64,000 nt of DNA. Source: Deltaproteobacteria bacterium (GTDB taxonomy: Bacteria; Myxococcota_A; Polyangia; Fen-1088). The notes beneath the pieces are model-generated. The model did not search any database and was not told the origin of the DNA. It saw only the letters and a program-made list of their open reading frames with translations. The stretch is taken from the NCBI GenBank assembly GCA_033763315.1, contig JANRKS010000002.1:448001-512000 (forward strand). Reading direction: 5' to 3'. Made by a program: the position numbers and the translations under genes. Positions 9,953 to 19,722 of the stretch are shown one piece after another (position 1 is the first letter of the stretch; every line of letters begins with the position of its first letter).

Positions 9953-10105
9953 TCAGTCCCACTTATCCACGCCGCCTTCGAGCGGCTCATCTTTTTCGTA
10001 ATGCTTGCGGTTGCGGCGGTCCAACAGCACCGACCGCACCGTGCGGCCGACGTATAGCGTGGCGCCAACCAAACCGATGGCGAGAACTATGGCGATGGGC
10101 GACAT
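9953..10105 (-). CDS. 50-aa single-TM small protein (below ORF-track cutoff)
   Basis: my translation MSPIAIVLAIGLVGATLYVGRTVRSVLLDRRNRKHYEKDEPLEGGVDKWD*; hydrophobic N-terminus followed by basic then acidic tail. Confidence 0.55.
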   Translation of the reverse strand: MSPIAIVLAIGLVGATLYVGRTVRSVLLDRRNRKHYEKDEPLEGGVDKWD

Positions 10106-10259
10106 GGACGAATCATACCGCGGCCGGCAGTGGCCGTAACCCCTATCGGCGACCTAGGGGCACGTTGGCGCGCTTTGGGGCGCGCTCAGATGCTTGCGGG
10201 TCCACGAAACACCCGATCGAGGCACCCATTACCTCTCCGTTGGCGGTCTGAGGTCGCAT

Positions 10260-10784
10260 CTACCAGCTGCGCAAGTAGATCGTTTTATCGCCCAAGTCGC
10301 GCACAACGTAGCCCATGACCTTGGCGATCTCGTTTAGATCAGGACGTGTGAGAAAATCGGCGAACGCCCGCCCCACGCCAGCCGGCGCACACGCTGCCGT
10401 GGCCGCGAAAAGTGTTTCAGGTGACCGCCCCAAGCGTTGGCTCGCGTCGTAAAGGGCGCCCATCACGGCAATGCCATCGCAGGGATCTTCGCAACCTTGC
10501 CACTGCAACGCCACAGCGGCCAAACCCCGCTCAAGGTGCGCGACGTCCTTCGTGGTCAGAGCCCACGACGCACACCGCTCGGCGAATGAGACGACCGTGT
10601 GGGCCGCATAAACCTCCATGTGTTTGGCGGCGGCTTCCCACGTGAGCGCATCGGCTTTGAGAGCGGTGAACGCAGACAACACTTCAAGGTCGCGAGCGCA
10701 GGGCAGGTCTTCATCAAAGCGATACCAATCGAATGCTTCTTCGGCCAAACGAGACAACAGAGGCACCCAAGGCTCCGCTTGCAT
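10260..10784 (-). CDS. hypothetical all-alpha protein, possibly immunity-like
   Basis: 174 aa from MQAEPW; FAER...LERGLAA...MGY...YxRSW pattern. Confidence 0.6.
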   Translation of the reverse strand: MQAEPWVPLLSRLAEEAFDWYRFDEDLPCARDLEVLSAFTALKADALTWEAAAKHMEVYAAHTVVSFAERCASWALTTKDVAHLERGLAAVALQWQGCEDPCDGIAVMGALYDASQRLGRSPETLFAATAACAPAGVGRAFADFLTRPDLNEIAKVMGYVVRDLGDKTIYLRSW

Positions 10785-10846
10785 TCCGCAATAGTGGAAC
10801 TTGCATGCCTGCGCGTCAACAGCGTGGCCGTTTCTTGGGGCACTCG

Positions 10847-12301
10847 TTATGGTGGAGCCCAGATGCCGTCCAGCGTGCCTTTCACCGATTCGCCAAAGGT
10901 GCCAGAGCCGCCCATGGCACGCAACACCGTGGTCCACAGGTCGTTCACGCCCCACACGTTTGATGACCGGGCGGCGTCCGAACCATCCCCGGGCGCACTC
11001 GGGAGCGTCAGACTCTGCCGGTGTTTAAAGCCTAGGTTTTTGCCTCCGCCCAACGCGAAGACCAGATCGTTCAGGCTGTGGTCCGCAGGGCTGTAATCAC
11101 GAAGAAGGCTGGCCCACACCACCAACGTGTCGTCGAGGATGCCGGCCGTTTTTAGATCAAGCAGAAAGTTTGCCCACTGGCCGCTGTAATAGGCGTCCAC
11201 AGCGGTCCACATGCCAGAGCCGCCTTCGCCGTGGCTAACCCAGTGGTGATCGTCCGCCTTGCCGGGGCCGCCATTGGGATTGAGCCCCCCGCCTTCAATC
11301 TGCCACAAGAACGTGCCTGCATTGATGACCCCGCAAGCAAAGCCCGCCACCATCAGCTTTCGCATGGCCTCACCGTGGGCCTCGAAAGCCAACCGATCGT
11401 ATGCCCCTTCGTTGGCGCCATTCATCGGTTTGGGAACAAACGACCCCGCCTTCATCGCGGCGGTTGAGTCACACGAAGGCGTAACCACGCCGGTGCCGCC
11501 TTTGTCTATCAATGCCTTTACTTTGGTTTCAGCCTCTCGCACCGATTCAAGATGCAGATCGAGGCGCTCTTTATCTCCCGCGTTTGTCAAACGATTCCGA
11601 AACAGCGTGAGATCCTCGTTTACGAAATCCAGCAAACTCCGATCTTGCTCCAAGATGGCTTTGCCTTCGTTGGCGGCGCCACCCGCGGGCATCATCGACC
11701 CAAACAGAGCCTCATAAACCTTTACGGGCTTGTCTTGGTTGCGGTTCGAGAAGGCGGCCTTGCGCCAGGACAGCAACTGGTGGTTGCCCATCGAGTTGAT
11801 CAGGGTGTCGGTGTAGACCTTTACGTTCAAGGGTGGTTTGCCCGCCATGTCCGCAACCACTTGATCGATCGAGGGGCCCGCGGCGTTGTCATGCCGTGAT
11901 GATTTGATGCCCGTTAACAGCATAGGCAGGTAATCGTGAAAGCCGGTGCCGTTGCGGTTTTTCACGCTGAGGTTGCGAACAACGGACGTGTATTCCTTCA
12001 CGGATTCGGCCTTCGCCATGCCGGGACGGAATTTGAAGGCCGCGTCGTTGCCATCTGATCCGAAGCTGGACGAATGGTGGCCATTCGGTGTGTACATCAC
12101 CAAAAAACGCCGATCTTTCGGCGCCGTGGCGGCGTTCGCTTCGCGTGATCGCGACAAAGGCCCCAACAAACACGCGCCAGCACCCAGTCCCAGCAACAGA
12201 TCGCGCCGTCGCCATGGTTTTGCGGGCCCCGGGGTGAACAAGCCGCCTTTGAACGGATTCGGATCGACCGGTGACTTGGTGGCTTTCTTCGTTCCGCGCA
12301 T
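10847..12301 (-). CDS. DUF1552-family protein with Tat-like signal
   Basis: RRRDLLLGLGAG, RFLVMYTPNG, SIDQV, LDLHLESVRE, ILDDTLVVWAS. Confidence 0.85.
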   Translation of the reverse strand: MRGTKKATKSPVDPNPFKGGLFTPGPAKPWRRRDLLLGLGAGACLLGPLSRSREANAATAPKDRRFLVMYTPNGHHSSSFGSDGNDAAFKFRPGMAKAESVKEYTSVVRNLSVKNRNGTGFHDYLPMLLTGIKSSRHDNAAGPSIDQVVADMAGKPPLNVKVYTDTLINSMGNHQLLSWRKAAFSNRNQDKPVKVYEALFGSMMPAGGAANEGKAILEQDRSLLDFVNEDLTLFRNRLTNAGDKERLDLHLESVREAETKVKALIDKGGTGVVTPSCDSTAAMKAGSFVPKPMNGANEGAYDRLAFEAHGEAMRKLMVAGFACGVINAGTFLWQIEGGGLNPNGGPGKADDHHWVSHGEGGSGMWTAVDAYYSGQWANFLLDLKTAGILDDTLVVWASLLRDYSPADHSLNDLVFALGGGKNLGFKHRQSLTLPSAPGDGSDAARSSNVWGVNDLWTTVLRAMGGSGTFGESVKGTLDGIWAPP

Positions 12302-12303
12302 GA

Positions 12304-13968
12304 CTAGTTACCTGCCTTCCGCAACACAAACGATGGGTTGGTGACCAACGCCAGAACCAACTCGCGAACGTCCGAGCCTTCATCCTTCAAGGTCTTGCCC
12401 AAAGCCTGATTTCGGCAAGCATCGGCTTCACCGGGAGGCGCGCCAAAGAGGAACCCACGGGCATGGCGCGCGAAACAGGCGTTGCCGGTTTCGGTGGTCA
12501 ACAGCTTGGCGACCATGGCAGCGGTGTCTTTGTAAGATCCGTTAACGTCATCAGCAAGTCCGTCAACGGTGACGCTGGAATCAATCTTCTTCCCAAACTC
12601 AGTGGGGCGATCTCTGCCGACCGCATCGAACTGCTCAAAGCCTAGACCATAGGGAATGAATTGGCCGTGACAGCTTACGCACTCAGGCGCTGACTTGCGG
12701 GCAAACTCCCAGTGCTCGCGTTGCGTGTAATCAGTGTTGGGTGCAAAGATTTTTCCCGCCATCGATTGCGCACCCTCGGGTGGCAAGGGCACGGTGCCGC
12801 ACAGAAAACGAGTGAGCACCAATAAGCCGCGCTTGGTTGTGGACGTGTGATCCACGGCGCTGCTTGCGCTTAAGAACGATCCGAGGCCAAGCAGCCCGCG
12901 GCGGTGTTCCGGCAACTTCACGAGCGCTTTCGCGTCGTCAGCCGCGGGCGAGGTTAACCCGTAAAAGCGAGCCAATCGCCCCGATATTTCAACCTCGTCA
13001 GCATCGAAGATGCCAGCCAATCCGTTGCCGCCGTCGGATAGATTGGCTTTGACCAAGCTGCGGGCTTCGTCCCGCATGTCTAAACGAACCTTCGCTGTGA
13101 AATCCGGAAATTTGTCTACGTCTTTGGGTGTGCCAAGCACATCGTCCAAGCCGTAAAGCTGCACAAAGAGATCCATAGTCTTGGCTTGCCCCGCCGGTGT
13201 GGACATAAGACGTATGGCCTGCGCGCGACGCACCTCCGCGTCTGAAAGCTCGCCCTTTTCAGCCAGCGACATTAGCTCTTCATCAGCGGGGCCATCCGTT
13301 AACACATAGGCGAGCTCGTTCGCGAGTTCGTGTGCCGACAGTTGCACCAGGCCTTTGACCTCGTTGCCGCCGAATTCCGTGCGGTAAAGGTGCCAGGGTG
13401 AGAGCAACAACGCGCGCAACACTTGGTTCGTGGCCACGTCCGCTGACCAAGTGGCTTTGCTGCTCTTCCAAAGTTCGCGATAGCGATCAATTTCATCTGA
13501 AGCCAAAGGACGACGGAACGCGCGCTTGCCGAAGTCGCCCACAAACGCGTTGAGGCATTCATCATCCGCTGTGGCAAACACACAAGCGTGTTGCTGTTTT
13601 GCCTGTAAGGCCAGCTTGGGCGCCGTCGCATTTGCCACGCTCTTAAAGGACGAAAAATTGGCGGCGGTCACCGTTAAGACGTCAGCGTACGTGTTGAAGG
13701 AAACGATGCCGTCGTTGTGAAAGGCATCCGCGGGCAGATCGATGGCGGACTCATCCATTCCAAAGCTAACGCCCAACGTTCGCTTGTATTGCGACGCCGT
13801 AAGCCGCAGCGCCCGCGCCGGAAGAACTTCCTCATCGACCGGACAATCCGCCGCGGGTGCCACGGGTGCCCCGCCTTCGCCGCCTTGATCGTCGGCGCCG
13901 GACATAGGGGTCGAGGAGCCACCACAGCCCAAGGACAACGAAACAACCAACGGAACTACGCGTCGCAT
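12304..13968 (-). CDS. DUF1592/DUF1588/DUF1595-family lipoprotein with CxxCH
   Basis: GGAGG RBS; lipobox-like SLGC; RAFRRPL, LLSPWHLYR, ELANELAY, RRGLL, CVSCH, GFEQFDAVGR. Confidence 0.85.
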   Translation of the reverse strand: MRRVVPLVVSLSLGCGGSSTPMSGADDQGGEGGAPVAPAADCPVDEEVLPARALRLTASQYKRTLGVSFGMDESAIDLPADAFHNDGIVSFNTYADVLTVTAANFSSFKSVANATAPKLALQAKQQHACVFATADDECLNAFVGDFGKRAFRRPLASDEIDRYRELWKSSKATWSADVATNQVLRALLLSPWHLYRTEFGGNEVKGLVQLSAHELANELAYVLTDGPADEELMSLAEKGELSDAEVRRAQAIRLMSTPAGQAKTMDLFVQLYGLDDVLGTPKDVDKFPDFTAKVRLDMRDEARSLVKANLSDGGNGLAGIFDADEVEISGRLARFYGLTSPAADDAKALVKLPEHRRGLLGLGSFLSASSAVDHTSTTKRGLLVLTRFLCGTVPLPPEGAQSMAGKIFAPNTDYTQREHWEFARKSAPECVSCHGQFIPYGLGFEQFDAVGRDRPTEFGKKIDSSVTVDGLADDVNGSYKDTAAMVAKLLTTETGNACFARHARGFLFGAPPGEADACRNQALGKTLKDEGSDVRELVLALVTNPSFVLRKAGN

Positions 13969-14101
13969 TCTGCCTCCGAGGTAGATGCATACGATGATAG
14001 GCATAGGCGCAAATGCCTAAATCGGTACTATGGCGTAGGTGAGGTCAGCCAGGTGACCCATCGAGACGCGCGACCCCGGTGCGAAAAATGTAAGCGCGCC
14101 G

Positions 14102-15412
14102 CTACACCATCTCCAAACCGCGCATCGTCCCGGTGCTGCTGGCGAACTTTTCGATGTTGAGCCCTAATCGCTGCAGCACGCTGACAAAAAGGTTCGGCAA
14201 CGGGTAGTTGTGCTCGCGATCAAACGCCAGATGTTGCCCGTGTTTGAACCCTCCGCCCGCAAACAAGATTGGCAAGTTTGTGGTTACGTGGCTGTTGGCA
14301 TCTCCCATGTTGCTGCCAAACAAAACCATCGTTCTATCAAGCAGCGATTCCTCGCCTTCCTTTGCAGCCTGCAGTGAAGTGAACAGCCCCCCAAGCAGCT
14401 TCATATGCTGGCGATCGATTTGAGCCAACTGCGCCAGCTTGTCTTCCGAATGGCCGTGGTGAGAAAGGTTGTGATAGGCGTCTTTGATTTCCGCGCCCTC
14501 GAAGTCCATGGGCGGGGTGCTTACGCCATCGAGCATGATTGTCACCAGCCGGGTCGAATCGGTCTGGAACGCCAAGCGTGTCATGTCGTACATCAGCTTG
14601 GTTTTTGCCATGAACTGCTTGTTGTTGGTGATATCTATCGGAGGCTTGCCGCGTGCGGGGGGGCGCGGCACGTCTTCCCAACTGCGGGCCTTAACCAATC
14701 GTGCTTCTAGATCCCGAACCGCCGTGAAGTACTGGTCCAGTTTCTCTTTGTCACGAACGCCCAACTTGCGATCTAGCCCTTTGGCTTGTTCCGCCACCGC
14801 GTCCATAACGCTGCGGCCAAGGTCCAATCGTTGCAGCTGCTGCCGGATGTCCTCAGCATCGCCCCGCAAGAACATGCGTGCGTATAGTGCGGAGGGGCGC
14901 TGTTCACAGGGGATCAAAACACCACCCGGTGTCCATGAAAGGCTGCGTTGCCCGCCATCTTGGTTTACGCCCAAAGTTAGCGAAGGAAAACGCGTCAACT
15001 GGCCGATGTGTTGTGCCGCAAATTGATCTAATGAAACCCGATTGCGAAAGCCGCCGCTGGCGGGGTGGGGGGCCGCTGTTAAAAAGCAATTGTCGGCCGG
15101 GTGACCGCCATCCACGTCGGGATGTGATACGCCAGAGAACACAGTGAAGGCATCACGGTGTGCCGCCAGCTCTTGCAAATAGGGCGAAAGTGCATAACCG
15201 CGGCCTGTTTCGCTGGGAAAGAAGCCCGTCGGCACAACGCTCAGATTGTTGCAAATGGCCAGGAAACGCCTGGGGGTTGGCCCACGCGCGGCGCGCGCTT
15301 GCCGTGGCAGCGCCGAAGTCAAAGCGGGCAGTGGCAAGAACACCCCGGCGGCACGGAGGAATTGCCGGCGTGAAGGATGCATCGTTGCGGACCAAGAGGA
15401 TCGTGTCTTCAT
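14102..15412 (-). CDS. DUF1552-family Tat-exported protein (planctomycete-like)
   Basis: [10 protein letters not shown]...[51 protein letters not shown]. Confidence 0.9.
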   Translation of the reverse strand: MKTRSSWSATMHPSRRQFLRAAGVFLPLPALTSALPRQARAARGPTPRRFLAICNNLSVVPTGFFPSETGRGYALSPYLQELAAHRDAFTVFSGVSHPDVDGGHPADNCFLTAAPHPASGGFRNRVSLDQFAAQHIGQLTRFPSLTLGVNQDGGQRSLSWTPGGVLIPCEQRPSALYARMFLRGDAEDIRQQLQRLDLGRSVMDAVAEQAKGLDRKLGVRDKEKLDQYFTAVRDLEARLVKARSWEDVPRPPARGKPPIDITNNKQFMAKTKLMYDMTRLAFQTDSTRLVTIMLDGVSTPPMDFEGAEIKDAYHNLSHHGHSEDKLAQLAQIDRQHMKLLGGLFTSLQAAKEGEESLLDRTMVLFGSNMGDANSHVTTNLPILFAGGGFKHGQHLAFDREHNYPLPNLFVSVLQRLGLNIEKFASSTGTMRGLEMV

Positions 15413-15420
15413 CGTATCTC

Positions 15421-18054
15421 CTACTTCGTGCGAAACAAACGGCTATCGACGGCAGCCAGAATGAGTGACCGCACGCCGTAACGGCTGTTTCTTGCGCGAT
15501 CCAAGATGCTCTCCACGGCTGGACGATCACCGAACGTCACGGGCGCCCCCGTGGCGAAGACGATCAATTGGTTTACGAGGTTGCGTGCGATCTGACGTTC
15601 GTTGCGCAGCAACAACGTGCGGAACATCGTGACGTCTTTGAATGGACGCCCGTCGGGCAGTTGCCCTGTTGAATCCACAGGAAGCGCCGAATGGAATTCA
15701 TACCGCAAGCCATCGACACCGAACTGTTCGCTTGGAACATCGGGATCCCCCATCGCACGATACGTTTTGCGAAGCCCACCGAAGATGTCGAAACTCTCGA
15801 GCGCAAAGCCCGCAGGATCGATCTTGATGTGGCAGCTTGCGCACAACGGATCGGCGCGGTGTTTGGCCAATTGATCGCGAATGGTGTGAGCACCTCGGAT
15901 GTCTGGTTCGATGGCAGGCACACCTGGCGGGGGCGGGGGGACGGGCATGCCAAGCAAGCGTTCCGAAATCCAGGCGCCACGTATCACGGGTGAAGTGGTG
16001 GTTCCGTTGGCCGTCACTTTGAGCACGGCGGCTTGGGTAAGTAGGCCACCACGTTGGCTGTTGGCGGGCAAGGGAAGCCGAACGAGTTGTGAACCCAAGG
16101 TTATCCCGCGTGGCGGGGCGATGCCGTAATGGCGGGCCAAGCGTTCGTTGGCAAACGTGAAGTCAGATGCAACCACGTGTGAGGCCGGTAGATCTTTGCG
16201 CAACATTTCCGCGAAGAAAAGCTGAGGCTCCTGGAGGGCGGATTCAACCAAGTGATCGTCGAGGTTGTAGTCAGGGTAAAGGACCGCGTCTGGTGAAGTG
16301 CCTCCCACCTTGCGCAGATCAAGCCAGTAGTCGAGGAAGGCGTCGACGAAGCGCCGCGATCGCGGATCGTCCAACAGCCGTTGGCTTTGCACCCGCAGTT
16401 CGTCGCCGCGCGAAAGTTCTTTGCGGCCAGCTTTGCCGCGCAAGATGGCGTCGGGCGGGGAATTCCACAAAAAATGCGAAAGTCGCGACGCAAGCGCCCA
16501 ATCATCAAGCTCTCCCGGCTCTTCGTCTAAATAGATAAAGGGCTCGGAACAAAGCACCGCCGCGTAAGTAGCCATCACAGCCTCGGCGAACGGCACGCCC
16601 GAAGCCATGGTCTTGTTGGCGAAGTTCGTAAAGAATTTCAGATCCTTTTCGGAAGGCGGGCGGCGGTAGGCTTGTTGTACGAATGCGGTGATCAGCTTTT
16701 GGGCATCGCCAGCGGGATCGGTTGTAACCACTTCAGCGCGATCTCGACCCAGCTTTTTGACCGGCAAATCACCAAACAAGAGCTTGCGCCCCGCTATTGC
16801 TTTGTCGTCCGCAATCGGGCCTTCCACTTGCAGCCACCGAAACGAGACGCCGGGTTGCCCGTCCCGTTGGCCAAGCGGGTTGTGAAATTCACTGCCGTGT
16901 GGCCGCTTGCGGTTCGAGCGCGGCGGTCGGCTGCGAAAAAAACGGCTGGCATCGGGGCGAATCGTTTCGCCCTCGAGCAAGTAAACATCAAATTCCGCCA
17001 CCTGTGGCTCCACGCCTGCGTCGAAAGCGCCGAGCCTGCGCAGCAACGTGGGCGGACGTTCAGCATACAAAGTTATGGGCTCTGCCCTTCGCCCCTTGGA
17101 AATTTTATCGAAATCGGGATGCCACCAATCAACGCCTTCACGCGGACCCAACCAGATGGAATGGGCCATGATCGTCAACTTGTATCGCCCTGAACGAGGA
17201 GCCTTGAACTTCTCAAACTTGGGCTCGACTGGTTCGTAGGTTCCGTGAACAAAGCCCACGCCTTCCAAATCGCGCTTCACGGGGTCGGCCGCGCCCACAG
17301 TGACAGGCGACTTTCGGGCGCGCACATCGGGCTGGCCTTCGAAGCCCAAAACGGGAAATGCGTTGCGAATCGATCCCGAGTGCCATTCGCTTTCTGCGCG
17401 CGGGAAACGCGCCATGGATCGCTGCTCCCTTGCGTAGTAGCGGGTGACCGGCGGTTTGGCCCCATCAATCGGGTCCAACTCGGCAGCGATGATCTCCTTC
17501 ATGGCAAACTCCGCCGCCGACAGATACTGCGACATCTGCACGTGCGAAACGTCAAGCGCCTCGCCAACCTTGTTGAAACGATGGGCCTCACCGTCTTCAG
17601 GCAACAGATCTTTTATTTGCAACCAAGGAGCATTGAAGACATCGCGCAGGGCGTTCTCGTATTCATAGCGATTCAACCGCCGACGAGTGGCGCGTCCTTG
17701 CTCCGCTTGCCGGGCAAGGTCAGTGGCAATCAAGGGATCGGCAAGCGCCACAAGAAATGAATCGGCCTGCGCCCGAGGCGGCCGTCTGCCTTTGCCTGGT
17801 GGCATCTCGCCGGCCCGCACACGATCGTAAACCTTGACCCACGTCTCGAAGGCTTTGGGATCGCCAAGATGGAGGCCGAGCGTGCCAAGGTCCAACTTGG
17901 CCTTGGCGGTGTCGCCCTCATGGCAATCCAAGCAATGTTCCTCAACAAAGGCGCGAATGCGAGAGGGGGGCTCGGCCGCCCGTGACGGTTGCCCTGCCGC
18001 CACACAGGCCGCAGCGAGCACGAAAAGTCGCAACCATAGGGGGGCACAACGCAT
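15421..18054 (-). CDS. DUF1592-family protein with planctomycete cytochrome c N-terminal domain
   Basis: CLDCH...[55 protein letters not shown]. Confidence 0.9.
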   Translation of the reverse strand: MRCAPLWLRLFVLAAACVAAGQPSRAAEPPSRIRAFVEEHCLDCHEGDTAKAKLDLGTLGLHLGDPKAFETWVKVYDRVRAGEMPPGKGRRPPRAQADSFLVALADPLIATDLARQAEQGRATRRRLNRYEYENALRDVFNAPWLQIKDLLPEDGEAHRFNKVGEALDVSHVQMSQYLSAAEFAMKEIIAAELDPIDGAKPPVTRYYAREQRSMARFPRAESEWHSGSIRNAFPVLGFEGQPDVRARKSPVTVGAADPVKRDLEGVGFVHGTYEPVEPKFEKFKAPRSGRYKLTIMAHSIWLGPREGVDWWHPDFDKISKGRRAEPITLYAERPPTLLRRLGAFDAGVEPQVAEFDVYLLEGETIRPDASRFFRSRPPRSNRKRPHGSEFHNPLGQRDGQPGVSFRWLQVEGPIADDKAIAGRKLLFGDLPVKKLGRDRAEVVTTDPAGDAQKLITAFVQQAYRRPPSEKDLKFFTNFANKTMASGVPFAEAVMATYAAVLCSEPFIYLDEEPGELDDWALASRLSHFLWNSPPDAILRGKAGRKELSRGDELRVQSQRLLDDPRSRRFVDAFLDYWLDLRKVGGTSPDAVLYPDYNLDDHLVESALQEPQLFFAEMLRKDLPASHVVASDFTFANERLARHYGIAPPRGITLGSQLVRLPLPANSQRGGLLTQAAVLKVTANGTTTSPVIRGAWISERLLGMPVPPPPPGVPAIEPDIRGAHTIRDQLAKHRADPLCASCHIKIDPAGFALESFDIFGGLRKTYRAMGDPDVPSEQFGVDGLRYEFHSALPVDSTGQLPDGRPFKDVTMFRTLLLRNERQIARNLVNQLIVFATGAPVTFGDRPAVESILDRARNSRYGVRSLILAAVDSRLFRTK

Positions 18055-18233
18055 GTCTAACAGTGTGCCGCCGGAGCGAACGGTTTTCTCCTTATAGTGA
18101 CGGCGCGGTGACGAACGTGCGCCTTCGGCCCCAGAGGGATCACACTTTGGGTCAAAAGTACTAAAGTTGCGACTGCCGTGCCCGTGGCCGGGGCGCCGGC
18201 AAATAGCCCTTTGTCCCGGCCGCGTCCGAGTCA

Positions 18234-18716
18234 TTGGATGCGTTCCCCACCCTCGCCGGCTCGACATCAGTGCCTCCGTCCGCCATCTTGGCATGCTTGG
18301 CCGGCACAGGAATTTCAGCGTTTAAGGATCGCGTTGGTTCGGGGGTCGATTTTCCCGTTGGGATCAGCCACCTCGAAGCGATGCTTCCGGGGGTTGCGTT
18401 CGCCGCGTATTTCATCTCGACTTCGACACGTCTTCGGCAGGCATATTCCTTAAAGGCCGAGCGCCTACCGGTGTTTCGGATCCAGCGCCAGGTGCCGTTG
18501 CTTCGGGTGATGAACGATTTCATCTCGCCAGAGGCCCGGCATCAAACCATGCACTTGATCGTGTATGCCATTCCCGCTGCGAGGAAAAGAGCGATCAAGG
18601 CGGCGCTTGGCGGCTTTGATCTCGCTGCACTCGAGCGCGATTTTCCGGAGGCCATGGTCTATCATGGGCCGGCGGACACGCTTGAGATCGAAGCTGGCCT
18701 TCCCAACTGGTTCTAA
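18234..18716 (+). CDS. hypothetical protein
   Basis: 160-aa ORF with protein-like composition filling the gap; no motif recognised; start uncertain. Confidence 0.45.
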   Translation: MDAFPTLAGSTSVPPSAILACLAGTGISAFKDRVGSGVDFPVGISHLEAMLPGVAFAAYFISTSTRLRQAYSLKAERLPVFRIQRQVPLLRVMNDFISPEARHQTMHLIVYAIPAARKRAIKAALGGFDLAALERDFPEAMVYHGPADTLEIEAGLPNWF

Positions 18717-18879
18717 GGCTAAAATCACGGATACGTCGGGATATGTGGCGAGCCCCGTGGCTTTGACACGTGTCTGCAAATCGGCCTTGTAGACGCGACA
18801 CAGTTTGCCGCGCACGTGGCTAGCAATGACAGCGATGAGTTTAGCCGCGAGCGCCGCATGTTCGGCTTACCCGAGGCGC

Positions 18880-19722
18880 TTAATCGCCAGTGGTGGTTTC
18901 CATTTCAAGGGCGGCGTCTGTTAATTGAAACAAGAACACGGCCGCGGCGGTGGCCACATTCAATGAATCCGCGTTGGCCATCGGTATGGTCACAAGTTCA
19001 TCGCACAAAGCGCGGGTCGTGTCCTTGAGCCCATCGCCCTCCGATCCGAAGACAAGAATGCGCGGTTCACGTGAGGCGCGGCATTCCCGCAGCCTGCGCG
19101 CACCTTCTGCCTGCACCACCGTGCCCAGGATCCGCGCGCCCAATTGCGCTCGCCATGCCAGCAAATCATCAGGCCACGCGGTGGCGCGCACGATGGGCAA
19201 GCGAAACGTATTGCCCATCGCCACACGAATGGCCTTGCGGTAGTACGGATCCGCTGCCTTGGGCGACAACAGCATGCCATCGGCGCCGAAGGCGCACGCG
19301 TGTCGAACGATGGCGCCCACGTTGTCAACATCAACCAAGTCTTCAAGCGCCACGATCAGGCGCGCGTCCTTCGCGAATGCGGGGGCTGCGGGGCGCACGC
19401 CGATGGCCAAACAGCCGCGGTGCACGTTGAAACCCGCTACCGCATCCATCAGGGCTTGTTCAACCACATACACCGTCGGCTTGTTCGCTCGATCTGAAAA
19501 GGCAGGCGTTTGCAACAACCGCTGCCAGCGCGCCTCGGTGGTCAGCACGGAGTTGACGGCGAGCTCGCTTTGCAAAAGCTGGCAAACCACCGAGAAACTC
19601 TCGGCCACAAATCGGTTGCTGCGCTCCTGCAGCGAATTGTCTTTGAGATTGCGGTAATCGTCGAGCCTCGGATCCTCAAGGCTTGCGATTCGCTCGACCG
19701 CATTTTCGGTGGCCGTTGTCAC
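18880..19722 (-). CDS. TrmH/SpoU family RNA methyltransferase
   Basis: DVDNVGAIVR, DPYYRKAIRVAMG, FGSEGDGL, IPM..DSLNVATA. Confidence 0.92.
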   Translation of the reverse strand: MTTATENAVERIASLEDPRLDDYRNLKDNSLQERSNRFVAESFSVVCQLLQSELAVNSVLTTEARWQRLLQTPAFSDRANKPTVYVVEQALMDAVAGFNVHRGCLAIGVRPAAPAFAKDARLIVALEDLVDVDNVGAIVRHACAFGADGMLLSPKAADPYYRKAIRVAMGNTFRLPIVRATAWPDDLLAWRAQLGARILGTVVQAEGARRLRECRASREPRILVFGSEGDGLKDTTRALCDELVTIPMANADSLNVATAAAVFLFQLTDAALEMETTTGD

